DNA of 60,911 nt, the filler included. It is 9 parts of 9 records of this genome, joined end to end, with 100 filler letters (N's around TTAATTAATTAA, not from the genome) between each part and the next. Parts side by side here need not be neighbours in the genome. Positions count along the whole stretch, not along the records: positions 55,520 to 60,911 come from SRR31156797_59373; 8 more parts are not named here. One strand, 5' to 3'. The translations under genes were made by a program, and so were the position numbers. The notes under the pieces are model-generated. The model was not told the origin of the DNA. It saw only the letters and a list, made by a program, of their open reading frames with translations, and did not search any database. Positions 58,691 through 60,911 of this stretch are shown piece after piece (position 1 is the first letter of the stretch; every line of letters begins with the position of its first letter).

Positions 58691-58760
58691 GTCTGGGCGT
58701 CGCGACGCAACTGCTTATTGGCACAGCTATTAGAGAAAACGTGGATGTGCGTCACCGCTC

Positions 58761-58810
58761 ACGAGATTTCGTCGACAACGATATTTCGCTTGCACGCGAC
58801 GAAGAATCGT
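58761..58810. promoter_or_regulatory. Three ACGA-N4-TCGT palindromes (upstream activator sequences)
   Basis: ACGAGATTTCGT (58761), ACGATATTTCGC (58778), ACGAAGAATCGT (58799); 70-120 bp upstream of the sigma54 promoter. Confidence 0.75.
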
Positions 58811-58823
58811 TTCAAGTGGCGGC

Positions 58824-60434
58824 ATGAATATTGAGTTCCTACAAGCGGTGGCCCTGTCCGTGGCGAATGAGCGGTGCATCAAGGACATTCTCAAGCGGAT
58901 CGTCTCGGGACTGGCCGACCGGCCCGAGATGGTCCTGGCTCGCATTTGGCTGCACGGCCCGGCGGACATTTGTGGCGAGTGTCCGGCGCAGTGGGACTGT
59001 CCGGATCAGACGGGCTGTCTCCACCTGGTGGCCTCCGACGGGCATCCGCTGGACGCCTCGACGCCGCGACCGGTCCGGCTCGATGGCAGGTTCCGGCGCT
59101 TTCCCTTGGGCGTCAGGAAGGTCGGCCGCATCGGGGCTACCGGGGAAGGCATCCTGCTCAATGATGTGGAGTCCAACCCGAGCTGGCTCAAAGATCCGGA
59201 GTGGGCGAAAGCCGAACAGGTGCGCAGCTTCGCCGGTCAGCCGCTGATCTTTCGCGGCGATATCCTGGGCGTCCTGGCGATTTTCAGCCGCGCCGAGGTG
59301 ACAAGGGCTCAGGCGGCACTGCTGCGAACGTTTGCGGACAATGCCGCCGCGGCCATCGCCAATGCGCGAGCCTTTCAAGAGATCGAAAGACTCCAGAGAC
59401 AGATCGAAGATGAGAATGAATACCTGCGGGAGGAAGTGCGAACCGCGTATTCGTCGGACGAGATCATCGGCGCCAGCCCCGCCATCGCCAAGATCCTCGA
59501 GGACATCGAGTCGGTGGCTGCGACCGACTCGACCGTCCTTATCCAAGGGGAATCCGGGACGGGCAAGGAATTGGTCGCCCGCGAGATTCACAAGCAGAGC
59601 ACGCGCTCGGCCAAGCCGCTTATCCGTGTGAACTGTGCTACCGTGCCGGGTGAACTCTTCGAAAGCGAGTTCTTCGGTCACGTCAAGGGCTCGTTCACCG
59701 GGGCCTTGCGCGATCGCGTCGGGCGTTTCCAACTCGCCGACCGCGGCACGCTCTTTCTGGATGAGGTGGGCGAGATCCCGCTGGATCTTCAGGCCAAACT
59801 GCTGCGCGTCCTCCAGGAGGGAGAATTTGAGCCGATCGGCGAAGACCGGTCGCGCTCGGTCGACGTCCGGATCATCGCCGCGACCAATCGCGATCTAAAG
59901 GCCGAGATCGAGCAGGGGCGGTTCCGGGAGGACCTGTTCTATCGTCTGAGCGTCTTCCCGATCCAGGTCCCGCCGCTGCGTGAGCATCGCGAGGACATCG
60001 GTTTGCTCGCGGCCCATCTCCTGTGCGGTATTGCCACCCGCCTGAGAGTGTCTCAGCCGCGCCTCAAGCAGAAGCACGTCAGTGCATTGGAGGCCTACGA
60101 CTGGCCGGGCAATGTCCGCGAACTCGAGAACGTCATCGAGCGCGCTCTGATCACGCGGCGGGGCGATGAACTGACCTTCGATCTCCAATCGCATTCGCAT
60201 CGGCAAGGCGCGCAGGCGACGACCGCCCATGCCGAGACCTCGACGGCGCAGCCGGCGCCGGCGGTCTTAACCGCCGAGGAGATGCGGGACCTGGAGCGCG
60301 CGAATCTCATCGCGGCCCTGGAGGCCTGTCACTGGAAGATCGGTGGTCCCGACGGCGCCGCCGCACTGCTGGGCACCAGGCCCACGACCCTCTCGTCCAG
60401 GCTCAAAGCCCTGCACATCCAGCGCCCCCGCTAA
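58824..60434 (+). CDS. GAF-domain sigma54-dependent activator (FhlA-like) with Cys cluster
   Basis: GAF with C-x2-C-x5-C-x5-C; GESGTGKE, GSFTGA, FLDEVGE, WPGNVRELEN, HTH. Confidence 0.93.
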   Translation: MNIEFLQAVALSVANERCIKDILKRIVSGLADRPEMVLARIWLHGPADICGECPAQWDCPDQTGCLHLVASDGHPLDASTPRPVRLDGRFRRFPLGVRKVGRIGATGEGILLNDVESNPSWLKDPEWAKAEQVRSFAGQPLIFRGDILGVLAIFSRAEVTRAQAALLRTFADNAAAAIANARAFQEIERLQRQIEDENEYLREEVRTAYSSDEIIGASPAIAKILEDIESVAATDSTVLIQGESGTGKELVAREIHKQSTRSAKPLIRVNCATVPGELFESEFFGHVKGSFTGALRDRVGRFQLADRGTLFLDEVGEIPLDLQAKLLRVLQEGEFEPIGEDRSRSVDVRIIAATNRDLKAEIEQGRFREDLFYRLSVFPIQVPPLREHREDIGLLAAHLLCGIATRLRVSQPRLKQKHVSALEAYDWPGNVRELENVIERALITRRGDELTFDLQSHSHRQGAQATTAHAETSTAQPAPAVLTAEEMRDLERANLIAALEACHWKIGGPDGAAALLGTRPTTLSSRLKALHIQRPR

Positions 60435-60453
60435 CGCCTCGCACCGCTCCATC

Positions 60454-60797
60454 CCCGGATTTCCCAAGTAGTCAGTGACGTACAAGCAGGCTTGCAGGTT
60501 ACGACGATACGAATGACGCCGAACCGCTGGCTTCTGACCCCGTCATGCGACATGTTTCCGGTGGCCGAGCCGTGGCACGGTCGGCAGTTTCCACCAGCGT
60601 CATGAGCAGATTTGAGGGTGTGTCGAAGAACCGTCAAGATACTCGATTGTCGGCGAATGGACGCGTTTGGGGCCGTACTAGCACGTGTCTTGACCGAGGT
60701 GATGGCCAGAAGCGTTGGAATCCCCGGTCTGATTGTGGTATTATTGGCAAGGTTGCGTGCAGGAGTACCGATCATGAAGTTAAATGGGAAATCTCGG
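60454..60797 (+). mobile_element. Internally deleted IS1380-family-like element
   Basis: Terminal inverted repeats CCCGGATTTCCCAAGTA and (reverse complement) CCGAGATTTCCCATTTA match 13/17. Internal 60485-60616 encodes SRLAGYDDTNDAEPLASDPVMRHVSGGRA...STSVMSRFE, resembling IS1380 transposase. Confidence 0.7.
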
Positions 60798-60911
60798 CTG
60801 ATAGGAGCCAGACGCCTAACAGCGTAGGACGTTCACATTATTGTCATCTGGAGGAATGGTCATGTGCAAGAAACTGATGCTCATATGCGTGGCATTGGTT
60901 GCGGCGTTGGG

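Noticed and set aside
58719-58734. Plus-strand TGGCAC as a sigma54 promoter for the activator
   Set aside because: No GC at the -12 position (TTAG).
1-60911. rRNA, tRNA, CRISPR arrays, selenocysteine or pyrrolysine recoding
   Set aside because: None recognised by eye, and no gene appears split by an in-frame TGA/TAG. An Infernal/tRNAscan run would be needed to exclude small RNAs.

Overview
The window is not one locus. It is nine unrelated contigs joined by eight identical 100-bp artificial spacers (44 N + TTAATTAATTAA + 44 N), so neighbourhood arguments hold only within a contig. Taxonomic hints are inferences from protein style and base composition. Contig 1 (1-9037, Desulfobacterota-like): TetR, TrmB, acyl-CoA dehydrogenase, a class-III aminotransferase/AOR/MoaD operon, a class II aldolase, exported hypotheticals and a HEAT-repeat fragment. 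Contig 2 (9138-14570): SDR, two paralogous duplicated-domain NIPSNAP-like proteins, AOR, a phenylphosphate-synthase-alpha-like phospho-His enzyme, and the first codons of its probable ATP-binding partner. Contig 3 (14671-22232): IclR tail, HcrB-type FAD/[4Fe-4S] subunit, fused 2Fe-2S/Mo hydroxylase, amidohydrolase, Isf-like flavoprotein and an SsuA/NMT1-type ABC transporter. Contig 4 (22333-27594, alphaproteobacterial-like): phoR-pstSCA with Pho boxes. Contig 5 (27695-34745): a sigma54-preceded Amt-PAS-GGDEF-EAL fusion, a YkuI-like EAL protein and a soluble chemoreceptor. Contig 6 (34846-41494): hybrid kinase, sigma54 response regulator, cheW, RsbW-like ATPase and a double-CZB chemoreceptor. 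Contig 7 (41595-49832): ftsA-ftsZ-radical SAM-MBL, a CxxCxxCC/methyltransferase/PhnP-like triad, and Zn-PLC-mutL. Contig 8 (49933-55419): CitA/CitB-type two-component system, a heme-less flavocytochrome-c-type flavoprotein and a U32 protein. Contig 9 (55520-60911): a Cys-cluster GAF sigma54 activator driving a CMD/NmrA/isochorismatase-hydrolase operon, followed by an internally deleted IS1380-type remnant. The strongest candidates for undescribed systems are the ammonium-to-c-di-GMP sensor locus, the Pps-like/AOR/NIPSNAP catabolic operon and the Cys-GAF sigma54 regulon.
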